This document shows positions 9,184-19,732 of a stretch of 64,000 nucleotides of DNA, in pieces (position 1 is the first letter of the stretch; the number at the start of each line of letters is the position of its first letter). Both the position numbers and the translations under genes were made by a program. The notes below the pieces were generated by a model. It was not told the origin of the DNA and made no database searches. It saw only the letters and a list, made by a program, of their open reading frames with translations. The stretch comes from an uncultured Chroococcidiopsis sp. (lineage in GTDB: Bacteria > Cyanobacteriota > Cyanobacteriia > Cyanobacteriales > Chroococcidiopsidaceae): NCBI GenBank assembly GCA_964248365.1, contig CAXTYC010000001.1, positions 96,001 to 160,000 of the forward strand, given 5' to 3'.

Positions 9184-9780
9184 ATGGAAACGGCTACAAT
9201 AACGCTCCCTCCTACCCTCAAATTGCATCTCGAATTGACGGATGAGCAATTTTTCCAGCTGTGTCAGCAAAACCAGGATTTGAGATTTGAACGCACAGCT
9301 AAAGGAGAAATACTAATTATGCCACCAACCGGAGGAGAAACTAGCAACTGTAACTTTGAAATCGCCGTGCAGCTTGGAATTTGGAACAAACAGAATAATT
9401 TAGGAGTTTGCTTTGACTCTAATGGTGGCTTTACACTGCCTAATGGTGCTGTTCGCGCACCTGATGTATCTTGGGTAAAGCGAGAGCGTTGGGAGGCTTT
9501 AACTACCCAACAGCAAGAGAAATTTGCTCCCTTATGTCCTGATTTTGTGGTTGAGTTACGCTCTGCTAGTGATTCGCTCAAGGAAACTCAGGAGAAAATG
9601 CAGGAGTATATAGATAATGGCGCACGTCTGGGTTGGTTAATCGACCGGAAAAACCAGCGCGTTGAAATATATCGCCCCCTTCAGGATGTGGAAATTTTGG
9701 AAAATCCTGCAACTGTGTCGGGGGAAGACGTGCTACCTGGGTTTGTCTTGGATCTCAGCCCGATCATGAGGATAGATTAA
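9184..9780 (+). CDS. Uma2-family endonuclease
   Basis: APDVSWV, PDFVVELRS, KMQEYIDNGARLGWLID, GEDVLPGF. Confidence 0.93.
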   Translation: METATITLPPTLKLHLELTDEQFFQLCQQNQDLRFERTAKGEILIMPPTGGETSNCNFEIAVQLGIWNKQNNLGVCFDSNGGFTLPNGAVRAPDVSWVKRERWEALTTQQQEKFAPLCPDFVVELRSASDSLKETQEKMQEYIDNGARLGWLIDRKNQRVEIYRPLQDVEILENPATVSGEDVLPGFVLDLSPIMRID

Positions 9781-10451
9781 GCAAGTGCCGCTACACGCTC
9801 TAACAACCCTTGAAATAACTTCAACCCATCTGTTCCACCCAACATCGGATCTGAGGCTCTTTCAGGATGGGGCATCATGCCCAATACGTTCCCCCCACGA
9901 TTACAAATCCCAGCAATATTGTTCACAGAGCCGTTGTGATTTTCGCCTTCGTAGCGAAATAGGACTTGACCGTTATCTTCAATTTGTTGTAAAGTCTCTT
10001 TGTTAGCGTAAAATTGACCTTCTCCGTGCGCGATTGGCAAAGTGATGATTTGTCTGGGGGAGTAAGATTGTGTCCAGGGTGAGTCAACACGTTCAACTTT
10101 TACCCACACGCGATCGCAGATAAAGTGTAAATCCCGATTTCGCATCAACGCGCCAGGTAATAACCCCGTTTCAGTCAACACCTGGAAGCCGTTGCAAATA
10201 CCCAGTACCAATTTACCTTGCTGTGCGTGTTTGACAACAGATTGCATGACGGGAGAGAAACGAGCGATCGCACCGCAGCGGAGATAATCGCCATAACTGA
10301 AACCGCCTGGAATAATTACGACATCCAAATCGTCAATATCGGTTTGTTCATGCCAAATCATGCGAGTCGGCTGCTGTAGCAAGTCGCGGGTGACATAAGC
10401 GACATCGCGATCGCAATTCGAGCCAGGAAAAACAACAACCCCAAATTTCAC
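9777..10451 (-). CDS. purQ: FGAM synthase glutamine amidotransferase subunit
   Basis: FPGSNCD, GGFSYGDYLR, GICNGFQ, MMPHPER. Confidence 0.97.
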   Translation of the reverse strand: MKFGVVVFPGSNCDRDVAYVTRDLLQQPTRMIWHEQTDIDDLDVVIIPGGFSYGDYLRCGAIARFSPVMQSVVKHAQQGKLVLGICNGFQVLTETGLLPGALMRNRDLHFICDRVWVKVERVDSPWTQSYSPRQIITLPIAHGEGQFYANKETLQQIEDNGQVLFRYEGENHNGSVNNIAGICNRGGNVLGMMPHPERASDPMLGGTDGLKLFQGLLERVAALA

Positions 10452-10729
10452 GCCGAAGCTCCCATCTCTACAGATACTTCTTTTAAGTCAAAGCGATAAT
10501 TTTCAATCACCGGATTCGCCAGCAAAGAATCGCACATCCGATCCACCTGTTCCCCTGCACTCTTCTGGTCATCTGCAATCAGGATAAGCTCAATATACTT
10601 ACCAATTCGTACCTGTTCAACGTTGTCATAACCCATGTGACTCAACCCAGCCTTGAGTGCTGTACCTGCTGGATCTAGCACAGAAGGGCGCAGGGTGACA
10701 AAAATACTAGCTCGATACTTGCGTAACAC
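10448..10729 (-). CDS. purS: FGAM synthase subunit PurS
   Basis: LRPSVLDPAG, VRIGKYIEL, LLANPVIE. Overlaps the purQ start. Confidence 0.96.
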   Translation of the reverse strand: MLRKYRASIFVTLRPSVLDPAGTALKAGLSHMGYDNVEQVRIGKYIELILIADDQKSAGEQVDRMCDSLLANPVIENYRFDLKEVSVEMGASA

Positions 10730-10849
10730 TTGACTTCTTTCTCAATCCAATAAACGCTATGGTAACGCGATCGATGGTTAGAAGAGTTGGGTATAGGCGA
10801 TCGCTTTAAGCTAGTTTAGAGAAAAGCAAAGATATTAATTTTAACTCCT

Positions 10850-11254
10850 ATGAAAGCTGGAAAAGCTGTACGTACTCGCTCTGGGGAGCGAATTTTCAAC
10901 CTACTTAAGAGTTTAAATCGAGCTATTTCTGCTCAAGATATTTATGTAGAACTGCGTAACCGCAACCAAACCGTTGGTCTAGCTACAGTCTACCGCGCTC
11001 TAGAAGCTTTAAAACTAGAAGGCGTAGTGCAAGTCCGAACACTAACTTCCGGCGAATCGCTGTATGGTTTAGTACAACAGGACAAACATCACCTAACTTG
11101 TCTTGTGTGTGGCAAATCTATTCCGATTCATCAATGCCCAGTTCATGAACTAGAAACCCAGCTAAACCAATCGCACAAATTCAAGATTTTTTACCACACA
11201 TTAGAGTTTTTTGGTTTGTGCAACCACTGTCAGTTGACTGAGGGGCTAGGCTAG
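10850..11254 (+). CDS. zur: Fur-family regulator, Zur/FurB type
   Basis: GLATVYRAL, HHLTCLVCG, CPVHELE, GLCNHC. Confidence 0.85.
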   Translation: MKAGKAVRTRSGERIFNLLKSLNRAISAQDIYVELRNRNQTVGLATVYRALEALKLEGVVQVRTLTSGESLYGLVQQDKHHLTCLVCGKSIPIHQCPVHELETQLNQSHKFKIFYHTLEFFGLCNHCQLTEGLG

Positions 11255-11422
11255 GAAATTATGAATGATGAATCAAATCAACATAGCCTGCGGTAGGTTC
11301 CTAAGCGTCTACTGCATTTGGTACTTTGCAGTAACAAATCGAAAGACGTTTTCATTAAGTCTAATAAAAAATCAGGTGGGCAATGCCCATCTTACTATCA
11401 AACCCTGGGGTTTGAATAAACT

Positions 11423-12079
11423 TTAACGGTGATTTTGTAATTGTCTCATTTCTTCTTGAACGCTAATAGCAATTTGTAATGCTTCATTGAGTAATTGTCC
11501 ATGTTCGCTGGCGCGATCGCTCACTTGCAATGCTTTTACAGCAGTTAAGTTGCTGGAAAACATATCCTGGTTGCTAGCAATAAAACTCTGATTTTCCCTG
11601 ATGATTTTTTCTGTCTTTAAAGCGCGAACTAAATCCTCTCTTGTCAGCTTTAGTGCTTCAATAACTTTTTCTCTATCTTGTACAGCAATTCCTATATTTC
11701 CAACTGATTCTAGTTGATCGTTAATATCTATTGCTTTGATAACTGCGTTGTACCTATCAACATCCTCAAGTAGGTCAACCAGAGACTTTTTACTATTATC
11801 TTTAAACTTTTTGTATCGCAAAGCTACAGCAGCAATCAAACTGACCCAAATGGTTATGAACCAGGGAAAATTTAAAATAGCTCCAATAAAAGTAACAGGT
11901 ACAAATATAATTAAAAAAGAGTAACCGAGTTCTCGCACTGTCTCGGATATAAAATCGGCTCGTTTTTTAGCGTCTTGCATAATCGCGGGTCTGTACACAT
12001 CATTCATATGTACACCCGTTAAATGTTTTAGTTCTCCCTTAGTAATCATTAAACCTTGTAAATCAGATTGCACAACCAC
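11423..12079 (-). CDS. Hypothetical membrane protein (2 TM plus long helical domain)
   Basis: 218-aa ORF preceded by an AAGGAG RBS, with two hydrophobic helices. Confidence 0.75.
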   Translation of the reverse strand: MVVQSDLQGLMITKGELKHLTGVHMNDVYRPAIMQDAKKRADFISETVRELGYSFLIIFVPVTFIGAILNFPWFITIWVSLIAAVALRYKKFKDNSKKSLVDLLEDVDRYNAVIKAIDINDQLESVGNIGIAVQDREKVIEALKLTREDLVRALKTEKIIRENQSFIASNQDMFSSNLTAVKALQVSDRASEHGQLLNEALQIAISVQEEMRQLQNHR

Positions 12080-12250
12080 TATACTCCTTTAATCTAACTA
12101 GCTATTTTGCTTTGTTTGTTTATAAATACTTACCCAGTCAAACTCCAAATAAAAACCGCAGATATACGTATAGCAACGCTAATATTATATCTGCAATGAA
12201 ATTTTATGAATTTGTATTGCCACCCATGCCCACCATAACCAACAAATTAA

Positions 12251-12446
12251 CTAAATTTTAAGCCGTCAAACCATTAATTGCCATCAATTGCGCTCTTTAT
12301 AGCTGTAGTCTCCCCACGCTTCCAAGCGAAGGTATCCCGCCTACAGTTACTTTGCAGCATAATCAGTTTTAGCATCCCCGTTGCACCTGCTTCCACACTA
12401 TTAAAGCATCACCACCAAACAACGCCTCGAAAGCTGCATTATTCAA
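12251..12446 (-). pseudogene. Decayed duplicate of the phosphoketolase gene 3' end
   Basis: AGCCGTCAAACCATTAATTGCCATCAATTG at 12261 matches 12986. Homology continues with indels to about 12446, corresponding to about 13171. Confidence 0.85.
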
Positions 12447-12527
12447 TACTCTAGTCCACTCCCCTATAGAGAGCAAACTTTTAGTGTTTTCCATTGCAGG
12501 CTAGACTATTGTTTAGGAGGAGTATTT

Positions 12528-12917
12528 GTGGAACCAAATGAAGTACAACTGCGCCGAATGTTTGAAGCTTTACGACAAGAATTAGCCCTACAATGGCGAG
12601 CAAGGTATACAGAAATATTACCAGGTAGAGAATTAGCATTAAGCTTCGAGCATTCTACAAATACCAGTTGGCGGTGTCTCTACATAATTAGAATTAATGG
12701 TGAATGGATTCGGAGAGAATTTATGTCTAAGCTTAACTATCAATTAATGACTGATGCAGAACTAACAGATCGACTGGAGAAAGGGGAAATGCTTTCAAAC
12801 CCAGATCTCTATGTAGAGTTTCTCAGGCGCATGGAGGAACACGGAACCAAATATCGCAATATGCCAGAAGATACTGCGCGATGGAAGGCTGACACGTTGA
12901 AATCAGTACACAAGTAA
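12528..12917 (+). CDS. Hypothetical protein, possibly a DUF6888-like plus DUF6887-like fusion
   Basis: AGGAGG RBS before the GTG. Internal GGAGAG precedes an in-frame ATG at 12723 (MSKLNYQLMTDAEL). Confidence 0.6.
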   Translation: MEPNEVQLRRMFEALRQELALQWRARYTEILPGRELALSFEHSTNTSWRCLYIIRINGEWIRREFMSKLNYQLMTDAELTDRLEKGEMLSNPDLYVEFLRRMEEHGTKYRNMPEDTARWKADTLKSVHK

Positions 12918-12938
12918 GGTGGACAATGCCCACCTTAC
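12914..12938. repeat. REP-like palindrome family GTA(G/A)GGTGG(G/A)CA(A/T)TGCCCACC(C/T)TAC
   Basis: Full or partial copies at 3812-3828, 11374-11395, 12218-12236, 12914-12938, 16859-16899, 33146-33170, 34976-35025 and 36701-36744, mostly just downstream of genes. Confidence 0.8.
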
Positions 12939-12946
12939 ATTTGTAA

Positions 12947-15160
12947 TTAACCAACCAACTCCAAAGCGCGTTTCACCAAATTCTCAGCCGTCAAACCATT
13001 AATTGCCATCAATTGGGCTGGACTAGCTGTAGTCTCCCCACGCTTCCAAGCAAAGGTATCCCGCCTAGAATTACTCCGCAGCATGACAGGTTCTAGCATC
13101 CCACTTGCACCCGCTGTAACACCAATCAAGGCATCGCCACCGAATAGCGCCTCAAATTTGGTATCATCTAAAAAGCCGCCATCGGACTGGGAACAGCTAT
13201 CCCAAGCAACATCGCTAGGACGATACAAGCGGCGGGGATTGATAATAGAAACAATCCTCACACCCATTTCTTGTGCCTCTAGGTAGGCAGCAGCTTCAAA
13301 TACTGGCATTAAAGCCATATCGCCAACTACGGCAAATACTACTGTTTTGCTGCCTTTGATTTCTTGGAGTGCGATCGCCCCCTCTTCAAGTGCTTTTCTA
13401 CCTTGTTCAAATGTTGTCCGAATCGGTAATGGTGACTTACTCGCAGTAATCACAATTCCCTTATTCTTCGTCGTCAATGCCCACTCATAGCAAACTTGAA
13501 TAGAGTTAGCATCGGGTGGGAACAAAGGAAACACATTACCATTACGCATCATTGAAGCAAAATAAGCTTCAACTTCTGGACGCTGGTGAGTCCAACCGTT
13601 ACGCCCTTGTTCTAATGCCCCTGCTGTGAATAGAGTAACAGTAGATGGAGTCGGACGACGCAATTCTGCCATCGCTTGCGTTACTGTTTGCCAAATTGGT
13701 AAACCGTTAATTGCAAAAGATTCGTAGGAACACCATAAGCTACGGCTACCCATCAACGCCGATCCCACCGCCAAACCAGCACAAGCATCTTCACTAAGCG
13801 GTTCGTAAACTTGTCCGGCTGGATTTTGATTGTATAAAGGATCTTCCGTTGGGTGGATGATTTTCAGCGCTGCGTTGATATTGGCAATACCAGAGGCTTC
13901 GTTACCATCGGCGTTGGTGACTAGGAAATTGCGATCCCACTCTCCCACTTTAGCCACCAAACTCCCCATCGTTGTCGTCGCAACTTTGGGATCGCCAGCA
14001 ACGGCAAATTCTTGTAAAGGTAATTCATCTAAATCAGCCAACGGTAACACTGATTCTGTTACTACTGTACGACTAGCCGAACCACCACCAGCACGTTCAC
14101 AGTTAGTACGTACCAATTCCCAAGCAGCAGCAGGTAAAGCACGAGTTTGCAGTGCCTTGATAATATCTGGGTTATCCAGAGTATGCATGGCATAGAGGTT
14201 GTGAGATTTAGCACCTCTTGCGTGTACTCCTGCGCCCTTTAGCTGTTTAATAATTAATGCTGTCAGCTTACCACTAAGAGCAGAACGAGCAGCTTCATCA
14301 ACTGCAATTAACACAGCCTTGGTAAAAGCTAACCTCTGCTCAAACGAAAAGGCAGTACTATCAACATAATCCCCTGGCTGCTCCTTGTCATCAAAATCCT
14401 TAGCATCCACTAATACCACTTCTTCAAACCCGTTTCCATGCCAATAAGCCATCATTCGCTCATTTGACTGGATAGAAACCATACTGTGATGTTCTTGACT
14501 GTAACCATTCCAAACCAGTATAGGTAGGAAATTAGTTACACCAGGATAGGCAGTGTGGAAGTGAGCCATACTGCTCATAACGTAGGGTTCACCTAACCCA
14601 CCATCACCAATCGTCACAGGGAACAGTTTATCAGGATGGAGACGGGCTGCTGCCATAGCAAAATGTTGCCCTTGACCAAGGGGACCTGCGGGGGCGAGAA
14701 TACCAGGAATAAAACCAGAAAGATGACCTAATAGCCCGTTATGTTCACGGAAGCGATCGCGCAACTGTTGTACAGTTGTAATCCCCATATCTTCCAACGA
14801 CCGATCCAAGAACATAGCACTATAAAAACCTGGAGCATGATGCCCAACTTCTGTAATGATGTTCTTGTAACCCAACATCACCAAAGCCGCATAAGCTTCA
14901 GCTTGACTGGCAAATCCGCCAGGGTGTCCAGAGGCTTTGCTGCCTGTAACTTGTAGGGTAAGATAACGTAGAGCATCAGCATATAGTAAAGTCTGGAATA
15001 CAGCCGCCCGATCTTCTGGATTGCTGATCGAGGTGCTACCTTCGGCGATCGCAGGTTCTATACCATAATTCTCAAATCCTGGCAGCATTTCGCCAAAATA
15101 CTGAATTCCTTGGCAAAAATCTGGAATTGCTAACTTTGCCTCTTGGGACAATGCCGTCAT
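12947..15160 (-). CDS. Phosphoketolase / transketolase-family TPP enzyme
   Basis: SGHPGG, GHHAPG, GPLGQG, TPP motif GDGGLGE...WNG, SEDAC, NGWTHQRP. Confidence 0.9.
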   Translation of the reverse strand: MTALSQEAKLAIPDFCQGIQYFGEMLPGFENYGIEPAIAEGSTSISNPEDRAAVFQTLLYADALRYLTLQVTGSKASGHPGGFASQAEAYAALVMLGYKNIITEVGHHAPGFYSAMFLDRSLEDMGITTVQQLRDRFREHNGLLGHLSGFIPGILAPAGPLGQGQHFAMAAARLHPDKLFPVTIGDGGLGEPYVMSSMAHFHTAYPGVTNFLPILVWNGYSQEHHSMVSIQSNERMMAYWHGNGFEEVVLVDAKDFDDKEQPGDYVDSTAFSFEQRLAFTKAVLIAVDEAARSALSGKLTALIIKQLKGAGVHARGAKSHNLYAMHTLDNPDIIKALQTRALPAAAWELVRTNCERAGGGSASRTVVTESVLPLADLDELPLQEFAVAGDPKVATTTMGSLVAKVGEWDRNFLVTNADGNEASGIANINAALKIIHPTEDPLYNQNPAGQVYEPLSEDACAGLAVGSALMGSRSLWCSYESFAINGLPIWQTVTQAMAELRRPTPSTVTLFTAGALEQGRNGWTHQRPEVEAYFASMMRNGNVFPLFPPDANSIQVCYEWALTTKNKGIVITASKSPLPIRTTFEQGRKALEEGAIALQEIKGSKTVVFAVVGDMALMPVFEAAAYLEAQEMGVRIVSIINPRRLYRPSDVAWDSCSQSDGGFLDDTKFEALFGGDALIGVTAGASGMLEPVMLRSNSRRDTFAWKRGETTASPAQLMAINGLTAENLVKRALELVG

Positions 15161-15479
15161 GCTGAATCCCTCTTTAAACGTACTATTTGAATATTTAAAT
15201 TATTTTACATTTAAATCTGACCATACATATTTACTTTTATTGTATGTATATATCAAGTAACTTGATTTCATCATCGCCATCATTTATAGCAACATTTTTT
15301 AGCCCTTTTATTTCTCCTACCTATAGAGCAACATCAATAAACAACAATAAGATTATCTATACCACTCCTAAAATCCCTCTCTATTTCTTACCTCTGCGCT
15401 CTCTGTGTCTGTGCGGTTCGTAAAAAAAGTACCTCTCACAAATCGAGAAAAATGACTATATATCTTAGTTAAAAAAGCA

Positions 15480-16850
15480 ATGATACTAGAGGAAACCAAA
15501 ACCCCAGCCTTACTACAAACTTTGCAATTAATTGCCAATCCAACCAAATTTTTAGCAAAGTATGCTAAGAGATATGGAGATACATTTACCCTAAGAGTTC
15601 TAGGTTTAAATTCACCACCAGTAGTATTTTTTAGCCAACCGCAAGCAATTAAAGAAATATTTGCCTTACCTGTAGAACAATTTGACTTTAAAAAGGCAAC
15701 TCATGTATTTAAACCCCTAATGGGCGAACAATCGCTAATATTACAAGAAGGAAAAAGCCACCAACGACAACGACAATTAATGTTACCTCCGTTTCATGGA
15801 GATCGCATGAAAGCGTATGGTAAAACAATATGCCAAATTACCCACCAAGTAATCGAGCAGTGGATACCAGGTAAATCAATTAGTATTAATCACTTCCTGC
15901 CAGATATTACCCTGCAAATTATTTTACAAGTTGTGTTTGGGATCAATCCTGGGGAGAGATACCAACAATTAAAAAAAATGCTCAGTTCGCTGCTGGAAGA
16001 TATTACTACTCCCTGGTACTCCAGCTTATTTTTTTTTCCACCACTGCAACAAGATTTAGGTGCATGGAGTCCTTGGGGACATTATATTAGGCGATTACAA
16101 CAAATTGATAATTTAATTTATGCCGAGATTGCCCAACGTCGGGTAGAAAATGATTTGTCGCGTACAGATATTCTTACCATGCTGATGTCAGCACGGGATG
16201 AAAACGGACAACAAATGACAGACATTGAGTTACGCGATCAGTTAGTTTCGCTGCTACTACTAGGTTACGAGACTACAGCCGCTGCTTTAGCGTGGGCGTT
16301 TTATTTAATTCACTCCCATGCACAGGTACTTGGTGAGCTAAGGTATGAAATAGACAGCCTTGGAGATCACCCACAACCAGAAGCGATCGCATCTCTACCA
16401 TATCTAACAGCAGTCTGTCAGGAATCTTTACGAATTCACCCGATTGCCTTGATTTGCACTCCTCGCATGGTAAAAGAGTCGGTGCAAGTAACAGGTTACA
16501 ACTTTCCAGCCGAAACAATCATCGTACCTTGTATTTATTTAGCTCATCGGCGGACAGAAACTTACCCACAACCAGAAAAATTTCAGCCAGAAAGATTTCT
16601 CAATCATAAATTTTCCCCTTTTGAGTATCTTCCCTTTGGTGGTGGTAGTCGTGGCTGTATCGGGGCAGCATTTTCCCTGTATGAAATGAAACTAGTGTTA
16701 GCCTCTGTTATGTCGCGTTTTGAGCTAGCACTAGCAAATCAACGTCCAGTGTATCCGGTACGGCGTGGCATTACCATTGTTCCTTCATCAAGTGGGGTGC
16801 AAATGGTTGTAAAAGCACATTTGCAGCAAAAAACCCCAGTTCAAATTTAG
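15480..16850 (+). CDS. Cytochrome P450 (CYP110-like)
   Basis: GYETT I-helix, ESLR, PERF and the heme motif PFGGGSRGCIG. Confidence 0.95.
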   Translation: MILEETKTPALLQTLQLIANPTKFLAKYAKRYGDTFTLRVLGLNSPPVVFFSQPQAIKEIFALPVEQFDFKKATHVFKPLMGEQSLILQEGKSHQRQRQLMLPPFHGDRMKAYGKTICQITHQVIEQWIPGKSISINHFLPDITLQIILQVVFGINPGERYQQLKKMLSSLLEDITTPWYSSLFFFPPLQQDLGAWSPWGHYIRRLQQIDNLIYAEIAQRRVENDLSRTDILTMLMSARDENGQQMTDIELRDQLVSLLLLGYETTAAALAWAFYLIHSHAQVLGELRYEIDSLGDHPQPEAIASLPYLTAVCQESLRIHPIALICTPRMVKESVQVTGYNFPAETIIVPCIYLAHRRTETYPQPEKFQPERFLNHKFSPFEYLPFGGGSRGCIGAAFSLYEMKLVLASVMSRFELALANQRPVYPVRRGITIVPSSSGVQMVVKAHLQQKTPVQI

Positions 16851-16995
16851 ATCTAGTTTGCCACCCATGCCCACCATTATTAAATTTGGTGGGCAATGCT
16901 ATAAATTTAAGCATTTTCCTTCTACCATCTGACAGATACAATCTCTTAAGCAAATTACCTAAATTGGGCTGTGATCGGGTAGTAGGAAAAGTAGC

Positions 16996-17724
16996 GTGAC
17001 GCAACCTGAAAAATCCAAATTTGGAGAACAAGCAATCAATAAAATAGCAGAAGTAGCGCTTGCCAGTCAACTTAAGCAAGTAGAAAAATTAGCAGTTCAA
17101 CTCAAAATTGATATTGGCAAACTTGCTCATGGAGAAGTTGATTCTATTAATATCAATATGAATGGTTTATTAATGCAGCAAGAGCTGATAGCGGAGGAAT
17201 TACAACTACAAGTTAATCGCGTTATTGTCAAACCTTTTAGTGCTATTTTAGGCAAAATTAAACTGACTCAACCCTGTAGGGGAACAATTCGCGTTGTCTT
17301 CAACGAAGACGATCTGACTCGTGCCTTCAACTCCCAATCTTTTCGTGAAAATCTGCTCCCAGGTAAACAAGTAAAAATTTATTTGCAACAGGTAAATTGT
17401 CATCTGCTAGCAGATGGTAATATAGCTTTCCAGTTAGATATAATTTTAACTGATACTGGACAAACTCAATCAGTTGCTTTTACAACTCCACCTCGAATCG
17501 GCAATGATGGACGAGAAATTTTACTTCAAGATGTGCATTATCTAGACTCAGAAGAACTCGCACCAGAATTAACAACAGCTTTGCTCGCACAGGTGGGAGA
17601 ATTTTTAAGCCTGCCTTGGTTTGAGCAAAAGGGAATGTCACTGCAATTTCAGCAGCTTGATGTTACGGCTGGCAAATTAACTATACAAGCCGCTGCCCAT
17701 ATTGAGCAATTTTCCTCCTCATGA
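16996..17724 (+). CDS. DUF2993 / LmeA-like lipid-binding protein
   Basis: Paralogue of 19733-20476 with the pattern GEVDSINI.MNGL...EDDLTRAFNS. Confidence 0.78.
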   Translation: MTQPEKSKFGEQAINKIAEVALASQLKQVEKLAVQLKIDIGKLAHGEVDSININMNGLLMQQELIAEELQLQVNRVIVKPFSAILGKIKLTQPCRGTIRVVFNEDDLTRAFNSQSFRENLLPGKQVKIYLQQVNCHLLADGNIAFQLDIILTDTGQTQSVAFTTPPRIGNDGREILLQDVHYLDSEELAPELTTALLAQVGEFLSLPWFEQKGMSLQFQQLDVTAGKLTIQAAAHIEQFSSS

Positions 17725-18306
17725 ACGAAAAAATGCAACTTTGACGCGCCTTAGATTAGTATTGAAAATAACATATCAACGTAACAATAATACTATTCTT
17801 TAGTTAGAAGTATAAACCAAGTAATACGATTTAATCTATTAGTTAATGACACAAAAAAGAGGGGAGCCACCTGGGAGTTTTAATACACAAAGTCAACAGG
17901 TTTATTTTTAGTCTGTTCTCCGTACCTGTTCTGGGCTTCGTGAAAACAGCTCCCAGTTTTATTAAACTTAGGTGGACCGGAAAACCTGACAATTACCTAG
18001 ATAAAAATTATTCTTTGTGTAACAAAATTTAAGTTTCAAATTCATTATTTTAGTTAAGCTATAGCATAAAAGGTTAATTAGTTTGGCTAAATTAATATTT
18101 CTTTATATTTAATCCTATGCAGAATTTAATCTGCTAATTGAATAGCGTTAGTAGAACTTTTAGTAGAGGCACTCGCAATTAATTTAAGGAAAAAATATAG
18201 AGTGCTGGCAAAAGACTTGCAGCAAAGCAAAGCAGTATTTCTTAGCAGCAAATATCCTTTGGCTGCAAAGGCAGCTTCGTTGTTGAACCTCTACCTTGGT
18301 TGACTT

Positions 18307-19623
18307 ATGACTCACTTTGGTATCGTTTGCCCGCCTTTCCCTGGTCATATTAACCCCCTGGCAGCCCTGGGACGAGAGTTACAACGGCGTGGTCATTGCG
18401 TTACCTTCCTACAAATTTCTGATTTAGAGCCGAAAGTGCGATCGGAAGGATTGAACTTTTGGGAGATCGGGCAGTCTACATATCAACCTGGCTTACTAGC
18501 ACAAACCTTTGAACAGCTTGGGAAATTGAGTGAGCTTGAAGCACTGCGTTATTCAGTCCAATTTTGCCAACTCCTAGCACAAATAGTTTGCCAGGATGCG
18601 CCAAAAGCGATCGCCCACTCAGGGATAGAAGCACTACTAGTCGATCAGCTCGAGCCTGCGGGGGAAACAGTCGCAGAATACCTGCGTATACCATATATTA
18701 CCGTATCCTGCGCTCAAGCTATCCACCGCTCTTGGGACGTTCCTCCCTTCTTCACGCCTTGGAGCTACCAAAATACCTGGTGGGCGCGTATTCGCAATTC
18801 TCTTGCCTATTATTTGTTAGATCACAATAGCAAACCGATTCTACAAGTCCTCAATCGATATCGCAAAAAGTGGAAGCTACCTCAGTATCGCCATTTATAT
18901 GCTTCTGCTGCTCGACTGGCACACATTAGCCAACAGCCAGCCGCTTTTGATTTTCCAGCAGCCAAAGTGCCAGCCAACTTCCATTATGTAGGACCGTTAC
19001 GTGATTCTCAGGGGCGAGTTGAGTTTCCCTTTGAACGATTGACTGGGCAACAGATGATATATGCTTCTCTGGGGAGTGTACAGAATACTAAACATAATGT
19101 TTTTCGCTGTATCGCCGCAGCTTGTCTAGAACTAGATGTGCAACTTGTGATTTCTCATGGCGGCGGAATGAACGCCGAAGCAGTGCAACAACTGCCTGGT
19201 TCTCCCCTAGTTGTAGAGTATGCACCTCAACTTGAAGTAATTTCTCAAGCTAGATTAACCGTTACTCACGGTGGACTTAATACAGTGCTTGATTCTCTTA
19301 GCAATGGAGTACCTCTAGTTGCCATTCCCATCACTTATGAGCAGCCAGGAACCGGAGCGCGAATAAGGTGGACAGGTACTGGGGAAGTAGTTCCTTTAAA
19401 TCAGCTAAGCATACCCCTTTTGCAAGCAAAGATCAGGCAAGTGCTAACAGAGGATTCTTACCTAAATAATGCCTTGAAGCTCAAGCAGGCTATCGGGGAA
19501 GCAGGGGGAGTTCGCTGTGCGGCTGACATTGTCGAGCGGGCAGTAGTGTCTGGGTGTCCAGTACGTAGGCGCTTAACGTCGAGTGGTACTAATTCAGTCA
19601 GACAGATCATTAAGTTTGGATAA
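18307..19623 (+). CDS. GT1/MGT-family UDP-glycosyltransferase (CrtX-like)
   Basis: GHINP, YASLGS and the PSPG-like box YAPQLEVI...THGGLNTVLDSL..GVPLVAIP..YEQ. Confidence 0.9.
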   Translation: MTHFGIVCPPFPGHINPLAALGRELQRRGHCVTFLQISDLEPKVRSEGLNFWEIGQSTYQPGLLAQTFEQLGKLSELEALRYSVQFCQLLAQIVCQDAPKAIAHSGIEALLVDQLEPAGETVAEYLRIPYITVSCAQAIHRSWDVPPFFTPWSYQNTWWARIRNSLAYYLLDHNSKPILQVLNRYRKKWKLPQYRHLYASAARLAHISQQPAAFDFPAAKVPANFHYVGPLRDSQGRVEFPFERLTGQQMIYASLGSVQNTKHNVFRCIAAACLELDVQLVISHGGGMNAEAVQQLPGSPLVVEYAPQLEVISQARLTVTHGGLNTVLDSLSNGVPLVAIPITYEQPGTGARIRWTGTGEVVPLNQLSIPLLQAKIRQVLTEDSYLNNALKLKQAIGEAGGVRCAADIVERAVVSGCPVRRRLTSSGTNSVRQIIKFG

Positions 19624-19732
19624 AATTTTTATTTTTACACTAGTCCACCAAATTACTTATTCCGTGCTATAGATTCGCTACGAACTACCAATGTGTCTAG
19701 ATTAACCAGTAGTAGGGATAAGAGGATAGGTT

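Noticed and set aside
9184..9780. Uma2 nuclease as part of the pAgo system
   Set aside because: The family is highly expanded in cyanobacteria, and this copy lies outside the HIP1-bracketed block.
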